A DNA stretch of 63,746 nt, the filler included, from Vannella sp. (taxonomy: Eukaryota), in NCBI GenBank assembly GCA_023345925.1. It is 8 parts of 8 records of this genome, joined end to end, with 100 filler letters (N's around TTAATTAATTAA, not from the genome) between each part and the next. Parts side by side here need not be neighbours in the genome. Positions count along the whole stretch, not along the records: positions 7,666 to 15,906 come from JAJQQN010001303.1; positions 16,007 to 27,007 come from JAJQQN010000535.1; 6 more parts are not named here. The stretch is one strand, 5' to 3'. Shown in pieces: positions 12,701 to 23,391 of this stretch. Numbering within the stretch: position 1 is the stretch's first letter; every line of letters starts with the position of its first letter. A model generated the notes under the pieces. It saw only the letters and a list, made by a program, of their open reading frames with translations, did not search any database and was not told the origin of the DNA. Made by a program: the position numbers and the translations under genes.

Positions 12701-15569
12701 CAGTAACTTGCGCCACTCTGTCACTGCTGCATCTCGAGACTGAGGCGGGAAACGGATGGCGAGGCGTAGGACATAGTTGTCACGGTCATACTCGATAAGA
12801 ATAATAGATTCATCATAGCATCCATCAATACCCTCTGTCTTGATTGTAGCAACGATTCCATACCGCCAGAAAAGGTCGGGATGAAGTGTTGGGTGATGTA
12901 AGAGAGCTCCCATCATCCGCCCAAAGATCCCCAAGGGTAACCTGGCAAATTGGAAGACTCTTCCAAAGGCCAGTGTACCTAAGGGGAGTCTAGTGGGGAA
13001 TATCTCAGCAATCTGCGCCGATGGTCGAGCAGTGGGAAGAAGAGAGGGGACGACATAGCGACCGCCATCGATCGAATGCACAATATTAAATCGCTGGAGG
13101 AGCAACAACAGAGTATGGTGGATGTCCTTGGGATAAGAGTTGAAGGCTATTGGGATGTGCTCAGCATTAAGAAAGCCGTGGAGGACAAAAGTGCTCTTAA
13201 TAGTAATCAAACAACTCATCAAGTTTGCTAACCATTGAGGAGATATAATAACCAGGTTTTTGAGCTCCTTCGTATTGTAGTGAATGAGAGAACCAGAGTA
13301 GTGCAGGTGCTCAGTTGCCATTAGAATACTATCCTCAGCAATACCACATTGTGCCGCCCAGTTTTCATAGACTGACCATTGAACATATCCATTGCGTCCC
13401 TGCTGCTTTACCACTTCGTGCAATTGTACCCATGAGACGGGAACCACAGGGCGCGATTGAGGAGATAGAGCAAGTTGAACGAGCATCCGCCTCAGTTCCT
13501 TCAAGCCAGCTCCCGTTTTGGCGCTGACAGCAATTAATGTGGATTGGAGTGCTGGGTATGCGTGCTTTGGGAACTTGCTTAGAAGTTGAGCTGTGATGGT
13601 AGCCAACTGCTGTTCTGTCACAGATTCGCTGTGGGTTCCAACAAGAACCAATTGGGAGCCGCTGTCACTTCCTACTATCTTAATTTGCTTCATCCAGTAT
13701 TCAATTCGCGAGTATTCAACCACTTCCAGGTTGAATACGAGAAGATAAATGGCCCCGCGACTTAAGAAGAATTGGTGTGTGGGATAGAAGACGACTTGTC
13801 CTCCCAAATCCCACGTATTGAACACAGTTGTGTCACTCTCTCCACTCTTCATCTCAATACTCCGAATATCCACCCCATCTGTGGCCAAGCTAACAGAAAG
13901 TCAATTAAACCCTCCACCTTTCAAGATGTACTCACTTGAGCGCAACATCCACCTTGCCTTTGGCTTCCAAACAGCGTACAATCGTCTGCAAACAATCAGA
14001 GAGGGTGAATGGATCATTAAAAGAACGTACCGACTTGCCAACTCCCCCTTCACCCACCAAGAGCAGCTTCCTGATATTCCATTGCGCTGCTCTGATGGCG
14101 ATTTGCTCCAAATACCTCCGAATCTTGCCCCATCGAGCATTGCGAATCTCCACTGGAATCGTTTGAAGTGGATTATGATTGACCTTGACCTTCTTTAGGT
14201 TCCTCAGCTCAATAGGAAGAGTCTGAATCATGTTACCGCATAGATCAAGCTCCTTAATGGATCCCTTTTCAATCCACTCGAAGATTAACGGTGGCACTTG
14301 TTCTAATTGGCAGTCTGCAAGGTTTGCAATGCCCCCTTCAAACTCTAAAAGCTTTGAAGCGAGTTCTGCGTTGCCCAACAGCAACGCTACACACAAAGGG
14401 GGGAACTTTGATCCCTGAATGTCCACCCGTTAACGCCACACCCGAATGCAGTGCATGAAAAACGTGCCTCGACCATTCGGAGGTTGTGAGAGCGTGAATG
14501 AAGCATCTCTTCAAGATCTGCGCCTGTTCCATGAAGTAGAAAGTCTTGTGGCTGACAGAAGAGGGTCAGGCACGAACATAGGAAGGTCTAGAGACCACTT
14601 ACAAGGGCAGGTAGTTCAGCTATAGTAGGTGCTTCCTTCCATGAGGAAGGGATGCGCTTTGTGAACGTGATAAAGGATCCCATTCCTCTCCCAAGGACCG
14701 TTCGTTCGGGAATCTGTCGCAGATGAGCGAACAAGACTCTGCGAATGACTTGATCGAATGCATCAAGTACACTATACTCAGTATGTCAGCGTATTCACCC
14801 TCCCAAGGGCTAGAAGACGCACTCTTTGGAGTTTTCAAGGCAAATGTGAATGGGCGGCTCATTGTGGGCAGCGTGGAAGAGGTCTGGATGGCCAAGAGTA
14901 GCTCCATCACCCCACTTGTCACGAACAGCAAGCTTTCGACCCTCCCATTAGACATTGAAGAGTGAAAGAGGGGCGCCGCACCATCAGAGGGACTGCTTTA
15001 GGCCCACACTCGACTTTGAGAGTAGCAGAGAGCTTCTGGGCGTCCGATGGAGAGCTTTTCTTCTCGCATGACTCAAACGCCATCGCGTATCCGTCCACTG
15101 GGGAACTTTTCAGGTCCTTGGGCGTTAGTGCGCTTGGTCTCTTCATCAGAGGGCACTCACGATTGCGCGAAAGTGTCAGGGTTGTAGATGAGTAGGCTGA
15201 CATCTATACCCTGCTCTCCCAGGAAGTAGGGGAGCACACGGCCACCCCCTTGAGCGGATGACTGGTAAGAAGCCGAGTTTGCCTGCCCAGAGAGTGTTGC
15301 CTACCTGCTGACTCATGGGAAAAGATGTCTCCTGCTCTGAGATAGTTGCCAAACGACTGAAGTGCCCGCTCAGCCGAGTCTCCAGCAAAGAGAAGGAAAA
15401 GTTGGTCTTCCACTTGCTCCTCCCCTTCCCACGGGAAGCCAAAGCGCCTCTCCTCCGATTGAAAGCGCGGTGCACCCATGAACAGTTCACGCTGAGGTCC
15501 CACGGCACTGGCCGTACGCTTCCTCGCCATACCACCAATCCGTGACCCCCTCGCAGGAGAGTACGCCAT
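9784..15569 (-). CDS. Roco-family (LRRK-like) kinase: degenerate Ras-like domain, ankyrin-like repeat, LRR, Roc, COR, TKL kinase, WD40-like tail
   Basis: Roc P-loop KLLLVGEGGVGKS, ATDGVDI, WDLGGQVVFYPTHQFFLS, VGTH, SAKTG. COR domain. Kinase GEGAFG, VAVK, HRDLRSPNI, DFG, WLAPE. LRRs LDLCGNMIQTLP. Multiple short introns. The 5' end may extend to ~15850. Confidence 0.9.
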
Positions 15570-16313
15570 TCAAATGACGCTTTGGTGCTCAACAGAACAT
15601 CAGGCGAGTTCTCCAGTTGGATAAAGCGACAACCATCCTTCCAATGCAAAGAAGGACTCGGCTGGTGTTCCTTCGACCCCAAAAGGGGACTCTGGGGACT
15701 CCGAAGAGAGCACAGCACAGCGAAAACATGTTCCGCGGCAATTAGTCCTCAAACGGGCCTGTTTTCAGGGAGTACCCGCGTCTACAGCTGTTGATTCAAG
15801 GCGCTATCCCTGTGCAGTGGGTGACCCCATTCCCCCAGCTCAGCTGCCATCCCTCTCAAGTGTGCTGGATGTCTTCTATCAACTATGGTATCTGATCTGT
15901 TGTGACNNNNNNNNNNNNNNNNNNNNNNNNNNNNNNNNNNNNNNNNNNNNTTAATTAATTAANNNNNNNNNNNNNNNNNNNNNNNNNNNNNNNNNNNNNN
16001 NNNNNNCTCTGTTTCCTCCTCGTTTTCCTCCTCTCCTTCCTCGTTCTGGTTGATTCGTTGGGGCTTCCGTTTCCGGACGCGGAACTTCCATCACAGGCGA
16101 CTCCAGAGTGCTTTCTGATCCTTCCATCATGACTGCTTGTTTCAGATGCTCCATTCCTCTCTCTTGAGGTGAAATCCCCCAAACGCCACACATCCCCGCC
16201 CCACAATTATGACCATTATGTTCACCCTCAGGGGATCCAAGGACGGGAATTGAGGGAACTGTTGAATTCGGATTGCAGATGGTGACTAGATCGTCATTAT
16301 TTTTCTCTTCTTG

Positions 16314-19300
16314 ATGGACGACGAGCCACCGAAGGACAATCAGGACAGCAACTCCCTCCCAAAGAGACGACGAATCCGGAAGCCACGGACTCGGGTGAGG
16401 ACCTCTGTCCTGACTGGGGAAGAGGGCGAAGTGGAAGGCAACCATCCAAGCACTGTTGGAGAGCTGGATACCAATTCTGTTCCCAAGAAGCGCAAACGGT
16501 GTCGGAAGCCGAGAAAGCGCAAGACACCCGCTGTTGAGAACACTGATGGAGCACAGGTCGAAGAAGAGGACGAAGAAGAGGACGAGGAGGATGCGCCTCG
16601 GAAGGTAGAACTGGAGGTATCGATTCCTCAAAAAGTGAAGGCCAATGACAATGGCTGTAAGGTTCTGGAACGCATTGTGACATGGAATCCCTCCCAGTGC
16701 CTCGTGGACCTCTTGGATCTGAAGGAGTGGATCAAGAGTCACTGTGAGGCACGCCGGCGAGAGCTGGAGGAGGAATTGAGGATCTTGAATGTCAATGATG
16801 CTCGTGTTTCTTTCCGGAGAACAATGGCCGAGGTTGAGCGAGCGAAAGAGGCCAGAGATGAGATTCTCGCCAAACAAGTAGACTGGACTGAGGTCTCTCG
16901 AGAAGGACTCCGCTTCTGCAAGGCTTCTATTCTTCGCATGCAGGACCTTCAATCTGATGACAACATTTCGCCAACCTCTGTCTGCGTCTTTCAAGACCTT
17001 GTGAGGCGGGAGAAAGCCCGAATTACCGAAAGTTTGCCGTTCTTGAGGTTTCGCAGCGAGCTACTGGACACGATTCAGTCTTCCCAAGTCTCTGTGATTA
17101 TTGGAGAGACTGGTTCTGGCAAGAGTACTCAAATGGCGCAGTACATTCTCGACGAGCTTGATCCAAAGAAAAAGATTGTCGTCACGCAACCAAGGCGTGT
17201 AGCAGCTTCCTCGCTGAGCCAGAGATTAGGAAAGGGCTACTTCTATGGAAATCTAGTGACGAGCCAGGGTAGCCCTGCAGCACTAGAGAAAGCATCTATC
17301 CACTTCATGACAGACACTCGCCTACTCTTCCATCCTGACATTGCCAGGGACTATTCCTACATCATCATCGACGAGGCCCACGAGCGTTCCATCGACACAG
17401 ATTTGTTGATTGCAAACTGCAAGAAACTGGTGTCTGAGAATCCAGATCTCCGTCTCATCATCACTTCAGCCACTATCGATCCAGCCCTCTTCCAACGCTA
17501 TTTCAATGGCTGCCCTGTATTGCACGTACCAGGACGCACCTTTCCAGTGGACGTTCAGTATGAAGAGTCTCAGCCTGACTTCGTTACCCATGCAGCAAAT
17601 AAGGCCATGGCAATCCACAAAAGCGGAGCTCCAGGAGACATTCTAGTTTTCCTGACGGGACAAAAGGAAGTCAGCACAGCGAAAGCAAAGTTTGAAAAGC
17701 TGGCCAAGGGAGGACTAGCTTCAGTTGTAGCTCTTGAGCTTCACGGAAAGCTCTCGGATGCGGAGCAGGGTCTTATCTTCAAGGACACACCCGAACGCAA
17801 AGTCATCTTTTCCACTAACCTGGCCGAGACTTCGCTGACTCTTCCAGGAGTGAAGCATGTGGTCGACACAGGTCTGATGAAGGAAAAGGTCTACAATCCA
17901 GATCTGAATCTGTCCATTTTGAAACAGGTTCCCATCACCCAGAGTTCTGCCACTCAGCGCAAGGGTCGTGCAGGTCGAGTATCTCCTGGGCAATGTTATC
18001 GTCTCTATTCAGAGAGAGACTTCCTTGCTCGAGAAACCAATTCTTGTCCTGAGATCCTGCGATGTGATCTCAGCCTTGCAATCCTCAAATTGATCAATCT
18101 GGGCTACTCGGAAGTGCGTTCCTTCGATTTTGTGGAGCGCCCGTCAGCGAGTGCGGTAGAAAAGAGCATCCTTACTCTTCTTCTTCACGAGGCCATCACG
18201 TCTAAGACTGCCAATCACTTTGCATTGACTCGCACTGGGAGACTCATCTTGGACATGCAATTGCCAGTGACTCTTGGGAAGGTTGTCCTCCTCGGAATGG
18301 AAGAGAAGATCGGATATGATGCCATTACTTTAGCCTCCTTGCTCATGCATTGTGGTAATCTCTACTGGGGATCTTCCAAACTGACAAAACAAGAGAACCT
18401 GGACCGGGACGTCAAGCTCCATCACTTCGTCAAGGATTTTGGTGAAGTTCCGACCTTATTGAACATGTACAAGCAGTACACCGCCAAACGAGAAGGAACA
18501 CAAGCGCAAGTTGCCAAGTGGTGCAAAGAGAATTACGTGATCAAGAAGTCCATGGAGCTGGTCCGGCATACTATCGAAGATATCACAACTGTCTTGAGCT
18601 ACGAGAAGTTTCCAGATAACGCGTGGGGATATGCTGATGACGTGTCCGATCGGCGCCTCCGAAAGATCTTTGCAATGGCTTTCTGTGAGTCAGTCGCTGT
18701 GTACACTGGAAGTGAACGCGTTGGCTATTGCGCCTTAGGCTCCAATTCCAAAGCCAAGATCCAGTTCAGTTCTGCTTTGCAACTTGCTGCTGAGAGACCA
18801 GAGTGGATCTGCTTCTATTCGATGCAAAGCTTCAACGGGAAAGAGTCCGGAATGGTCCTTTCTGCTGCAACAGAAATTGATCCAAAGTGGTTCTCAGAGA
18901 TCTCCCTCTTCGCAAGTCGTTACAATTTGACCAAGTTCAAAGAAGATAACGTCTATCATCAGCTGGCTGTTCCCATTAGCTCAGCCATGCAGGATTATTT
19001 CAGTAGCAACATGTGGTTTCTCCGCCAGTTGGAAGCAGAGTTCTCTTGTGAGATTGTCTTGAAGCCGTGCTCTCTCATCGCTCTTGGAAGTTGCAATCAC
19101 TGGCTACCATCAAGATCCATAGCTCTTAGGCTTCATGTGGACAAGGTGCGAGCAGAGATCTCCAGTATCGTTGATCTTATACCCATCAGCCACGAAGACA
19201 CGCAAGTCGTTGGAGCTGGGGGCAGAACAACATCCCTGATGGGAAAAGATTCAGTCATTCGCCTCAAAGTGGCACACAATTCGCCTGACGTCACAGAGAA

Positions 19301-21017
19301 CGATGTTCGAGCTGCTCTTTACCTCGTGAAGATTCGGAAGGTGACTTTGATTCCCTCTAAATTCGCCATTGTAGAGCTTCAACAGATCATCCCTAGAGAG
19401 AGTTTGCAAAAGACTTGCGTTCTACTTGGGCGTTCGTGTGAGGTCACCGCGTTCTCTATCTCAAGTGCGTCGTACTTGAATTCAATTGAGGCACAAATCA
19501 AAGTGTCCTGGGCTGCCGGATATTGTAATGGAAAAGGTCGGATCTTCTTGAATGACTTGGAATCAATCCCTAGCTACTTTAGTCGTACTCCGAAGGCTGA
19601 TCTGACGCTTGCCGAGGGCTTGGTCATCTCCTACCAAGTAGATGGCAAAATTGTCCGCCTGTTCAACCTGCCCATTTGGATGGACGAACTCCGCTTGGCA
19701 AAATTGCTTCACCAAACTACTATCAAAGGCATCATTATCTACAGGGACAGTATCCCAGCATTTAATGTTACCGCAGCTCAGAACGAGTTGAGACTCCTCC
19801 TTCGTCTTCCTGCCACTTGTAGGGTTCACGTCACCTCCACCAAACAGGGTTGGATCGAGGCGAAATGCGAAAAGTACGATCCTGCACACCTCATCCACGC
19901 TCAGAGTCAGGTACTCGGGCGTCTTATCAAACACTTCGAACCCTCCTTCGGGTGGTATCACCGCTTTGATAACCTTCCGTTCGATAGATGCAAGAACCGC
20001 CTCAAGATCATCTGCAATCAGCACTCCAGGAACGGAACTCAGTGTTATCTCGAGGACAAGAAATGCAGTATTCGGGTAAGCTCTCCAAACTTCAGCAGCA
20101 TCAGCAGATTCTTGGAAGCAGTCTCCAAAGAATACGTGTCACAGAGTATTCCCATCAGCCGCAGTCACCAGTTTGACATCCGCAAATTTACGAAGAGCCT
20201 TGCAAAAGGATCCCTCGTCGAATTCTCAGTAGACCACGCGTTTCTCCATATGACTGGAAACCCCCAATCTGTCCGCGTTTTCAAAGAGAAAGTGGAGGGC
20301 TTTATCAATGCTCTGATGTCTGCTGGTACACTTCAACGCACTATTGACTTGAACGGGGAGACTCTACCGTGGTCTCACGAGGCACTCTCAGCTTTGCTCC
20401 AGTTGCAGCCCATGACAATTGTCAAGGGCAGATTGGTTGTGAATAGCTCATTGGATCAATTTAAGGTGGTCCAACGAGCTGTGGTGGGTAAAAAACTCCC
20501 AAACGAGAAGGAACTTGCTCTCACTCCCTGCAATGGCTGCTTAACGCGCGTCTCTAACCCGTACACCTTGCATGAATGCGGGCACTCTTTTTGCTCCACT
20601 TGCATGAACGAGATCCTGCAAGATTGCTTGTTGGAGCAGGTGCCAATCGCCTGTCATTGCGGGAGTGACATGTGCTTGGCTGATATTCAAGCCCTTCTTC
20701 CACACCACGGCAAGGAGGTGCTCTTTGGCTACTCGAGAGTCCAGTCTGTGAGACTTTTGTTCCAGTATGGAATCTTTAAGCAGTGTAGTAGCCGCCGATG
20801 CACCCAAATCTTCCGGGATTGTAAAGAAAACGAGTTCTACTTCTGCCGAGAATGTTCCACTTGCGTTATCCCACGCATGGTCCCCAGCTTTATCCCCAAG
20901 AACCGAACCCCCAGAGGAATTCGTCAACCTCAACTATTCCAACAGGAGGCCCATCCGCTTGATCCTCCCCGTCGCCCATCGAATTCAGTTGATTCGAACG
21001 GATGCGTCATTAATTAG
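16314..21017 (+). CDS. DEAH-box RNA helicase with long C-terminal extension, RING and partial IBR (plant DEAH11/12-like architecture)
   Basis: GETGSGKSTQ, TQPRRVAA, DEAHER, SAT, FLTG, STNLAETSLT, QRKGRAGR, and an HA2 region. C-terminal CNGC..CGHSFCSTC RING and CSSRRC..CREC. Uninterrupted 4.7-kb ORF. Confidence 0.9.
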   Translation: MDDEPPKDNQDSNSLPKRRRIRKPRTRVRTSVLTGEEGEVEGNHPSTVGELDTNSVPKKRKRCRKPRKRKTPAVENTDGAQVEEEDEEEDEEDAPRKVELEVSIPQKVKANDNGCKVLERIVTWNPSQCLVDLLDLKEWIKSHCEARRRELEEELRILNVNDARVSFRRTMAEVERAKEARDEILAKQVDWTEVSREGLRFCKASILRMQDLQSDDNISPTSVCVFQDLVRREKARITESLPFLRFRSELLDTIQSSQVSVIIGETGSGKSTQMAQYILDELDPKKKIVVTQPRRVAASSLSQRLGKGYFYGNLVTSQGSPAALEKASIHFMTDTRLLFHPDIARDYSYIIIDEAHERSIDTDLLIANCKKLVSENPDLRLIITSATIDPALFQRYFNGCPVLHVPGRTFPVDVQYEESQPDFVTHAANKAMAIHKSGAPGDILVFLTGQKEVSTAKAKFEKLAKGGLASVVALELHGKLSDAEQGLIFKDTPERKVIFSTNLAETSLTLPGVKHVVDTGLMKEKVYNPDLNLSILKQVPITQSSATQRKGRAGRVSPGQCYRLYSERDFLARETNSCPEILRCDLSLAILKLINLGYSEVRSFDFVERPSASAVEKSILTLLLHEAITSKTANHFALTRTGRLILDMQLPVTLGKVVLLGMEEKIGYDAITLASLLMHCGNLYWGSSKLTKQENLDRDVKLHHFVKDFGEVPTLLNMYKQYTAKREGTQAQVAKWCKENYVIKKSMELVRHTIEDITTVLSYEKFPDNAWGYADDVSDRRLRKIFAMAFCESVAVYTGSERVGYCALGSNSKAKIQFSSALQLAAERPEWICFYSMQSFNGKESGMVLSAATEIDPKWFSEISLFASRYNLTKFKEDNVYHQLAVPISSAMQDYFSSNMWFLRQLEAEFSCEIVLKPCSLIALGSCNHWLPSRSIALRLHVDKVRAEISSIVDLIPISHEDTQVVGAGGRTTSLMGKDSVIRLKVAHNSPDVTENDVRAALYLVKIRKVTLIPSKFAIVELQQIIPRESLQKTCVLLGRSCEVTAFSISSASYLNSIEAQIKVSWAAGYCNGKGRIFLNDLESIPSYFSRTPKADLTLAEGLVISYQVDGKIVRLFNLPIWMDELRLAKLLHQTTIKGIIIYRDSIPAFNVTAAQNELRLLLRLPATCRVHVTSTKQGWIEAKCEKYDPAHLIHAQSQVLGRLIKHFEPSFGWYHRFDNLPFDRCKNRLKIICNQHSRNGTQCYLEDKKCSIRVSSPNFSSISRFLEAVSKEYVSQSIPISRSHQFDIRKFTKSLAKGSLVEFSVDHAFLHMTGNPQSVRVFKEKVEGFINALMSAGTLQRTIDLNGETLPWSHEALSALLQLQPMTIVKGRLVVNSSLDQFKVVQRAVVGKKLPNEKELALTPCNGCLTRVSNPYTLHECGHSFCSTCMNEILQDCLLEQVPIACHCGSDMCLADIQALLPHHGKEVLFGYSRVQSVRLLFQYGIFKQCSSRRCTQIFRDCKENEFYFCRECSTCVIPRMVPSFIPKNRTPRGIRQPQLFQQEAHPLDPPRRPSNSVDSNGCVIN

Positions 21018-21299
21018 CCAGAACCCCGTCTTCAACGATAAAGATCCCTCATTAAGTCAGCCAGTATAATGTGGGCCCTTATTCCTCCCTCTTATGACGG
21101 TCCTGGAAGAGGAGGCTCAACGATCACACTCATTAAGTCAGCCAGTAACATTAAGACAGCCAGTATAATGTGGGCCCTTATTCCTCCAGAGTATTGCTCC
21201 GGAGCCCGAGTCGTAGAGGGGGCAGTGAGGACACTCATTAAGTCAGCCAGTATAATGTGGGCCCTTATTCCTCCAGAGTATTGCTCCGGAACCCGAGTC
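21007..21299 (+). repeat. Cluster of ~40-bp direct repeats (CATTAAGTCAGCCAGTATAATGTGGGCCCTTATTCCTCC)
   Basis: Full copies at ~21050, ~21149 (1 mismatch) and ~21236. Truncated copy at ~21131. Degenerate 5' part at 21007. Confidence 0.95.
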
Positions 21300-21764
21300 C
21301 TTAATAATTACGTAGCTATTCGTGGGTGTATGTATCGTCGCGAAACTCTTCGTTGTGGCCTTCCTCGGCCATGAAGCGTAAATGCTTCCTCACAAAGTGG
21401 CGAGCCACGTTACTTCTTCTTTGTAGTCTCTCCTCCTTCGGCCATTGTTGAATCGATCAGACGCTTCAATGATGCGTACTCTACACTGAAAGCAATCGTC
21501 CTTCCACACCAGAAACCCATCAATCCAGTTGAGCGAACCCCTCCCTCGTTTTTTCGGCTATCCACTGTTTATTTGCATCGATGTGTTCGTTTAGTGGTGC
21601 TCTATCCGTTTCTCTTTGTGATCAAGTGTTGTCTCTCCTTCACCAGAAGATTCAGGAGAGCTCACCTCGCTTAATCCTCCGGAGCAATTGCGTAACGCAA
21701 CACTAATGCCAGTCGAATTTACAAGCACTTTTCAGAGCCATCTTTTGGTTCATTTCTGATTGTC

Positions 21765-23264
21765 ATGTTGGCGCGCTCACGGGTGGTAGCCGTGTTTGGG
21801 CGAGTAGTTCGTCTTGAAGGGTGGGTAGTGCCCATGGGACTATGCAGTCCAGTTTGTAGGTCAATAGGGATGAGTGGCATCCCGATTCGAAAGGTGGAGC
21901 TGAGCTACAGCAAAGATGAAGGATCTGCCCTTCGGACTGAGCGTGCGATGGTGATCAAGACGAGAGCTAAAGACTTGGACGTTGTGCCTCAACAACAGCC
22001 TCGACAGAACCGCCTACGTAAAGCGGGAGTGGAAGGAGAGAGCTTCCGGAAGATCAAGTGGTGGCGTGTCGCCCCAAGCGACGAAGGACTTCGCCTTGAC
22101 CGCTTCATTCAGCTCCAATGCCCTTACATTAGCTTCGCTATCTGCAACCAGCTGATACGCAAGAAGAAGATCACCATGGGGAACCGCCAGACTCGAGAAA
22201 CCTCGACAAAGCTCTCCGATCGATCCCTGAATGGAGCACAGAGGCTTCTTCCGGGCGAGTACATCCATTTGAACTTCGACTGTCTCTCAGATAAGCGTGA
22301 TCGAGGCACCAAAGCAGACAGAATGCGCCACCACATCTCCCAAGAGCAGATTAACAACGTCCGCTCGCTCGTTATCTACCGCGACGAGCACTTTCTCGCT
22401 TTGAACAAGCCTTCAGGCATGCCTGTACAAGGAGATGGGCTGGATCTTGTCAGTATGCTTCCCTACCTTCAAGAATTCCCTGGAGATTGTGCCAACGAGA
22501 TTCCTCGCCTTGTTCATCGCTTGGACAAGGATACCAGCGGTGTTCTTCTCTTGGCTCGCAGCAGGAAAGCTGCAGTGCATCTTGGTGCCCTCTTTCGGTC
22601 AGTTCTCCCGAAAATGCAAAAGGAGTCTCACTGAAAGTGCTTTAGCACGAAGGGATTGATCTCCAAGAAGTACTGGGCTGTTACAACGAAGAGAGTTCGT
22701 CCTAAGTACGTTTAATTGGATGATATTGAGTTTCCAAGAGCTAATGAGCGAGGAATAGAATGGGAAAGATCCGAATGCCTCTCAAAAGGATCACTAAGGG
22801 AGGAACTGACTTCCGTGTTGGTCTCACTGAGATGGAAGAAGGCGCAGAGATGGCCATTACTCAGTACACCACTCTCGGGTTTGTGGGAAACCTGACCCTG
22901 CTCTCTTTGGAGCCAATAACAGGCAAAACGCATCAGCTCCGAGTCCACTGCAGCACAGCCCTCTCAGCTCCAATTCTCGGAGACCCCAAATATGGCGAAG
23001 ATTCTCCTTCTATTGAGTATTCGGTATGCCAGATGCTCCCATCATAAGTCACTAATCAGAGCTGGGAAGAACCTCTTGGGGGAAAACTGCCCGCTGCACC
23101 TGCATGCCCGAGAAATCAGTTTCTTTGGAGCCTCCAAGAAGTTGATTACCATCAAGGCACCTTTGCCTCCCCACATGAGCCACACGTTCGATCTGATGGG
23201 CTGGCGCATTCCTGAAATCGAGAAAACAGAGCTTTCCTTGGGCAGTGGAGAAAAGCAGATTTGA
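21765..23264 (+). CDS. RluA/RluC-family pseudouridine synthase, probably mitochondrial
   Basis: S4-like GLRLDRFI, LALNKPSGMPVQG, catalytic LVHRLDKDTSGVLLLA, PITGKTHQLRVH, PILGDPKYG, LHLHAREI. Arg-rich N-terminus. Three short introns. Confidence 0.9.
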
Positions 23265-23391
23265 GCTCCCAAATAGAGTGGTTCTGTGATTATTGCGTCA
23301 TTATGAGGGGTATTTTCGGGACGTCTTGAAAGTGATGAGGTTGAGGATTCCTCTTTATTTGTGCAAAGTGCACCTTCCTGGAGTCATTTGG

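Noticed and set aside
15951..16994. 347-aa minus-strand ORF and many other antisense or overlapping ORFs in the track
   Set aside because: They are shadows of real genes on the opposite strand or in another frame, have no motifs, and some run into N spacers.
21007..21299. CRISPR array interpretation of the repeat cluster
   Set aside because: Eukaryotic context, no cas genes, irregular spacing, and copies 2 and 3 share their downstream sequence instead of having unique spacers.
21069..21374. 101-aa ORF with repeated MWALIPP
   Set aside because: It is a translation of the DNA repeats, with no independent evidence of coding.
21300..21760. Possible small spliced gene on the minus strand upstream of RluA
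   Set aside because: A GTGAG donor and short open frames are present, but I could not build a convincing gene model or recognise a product.
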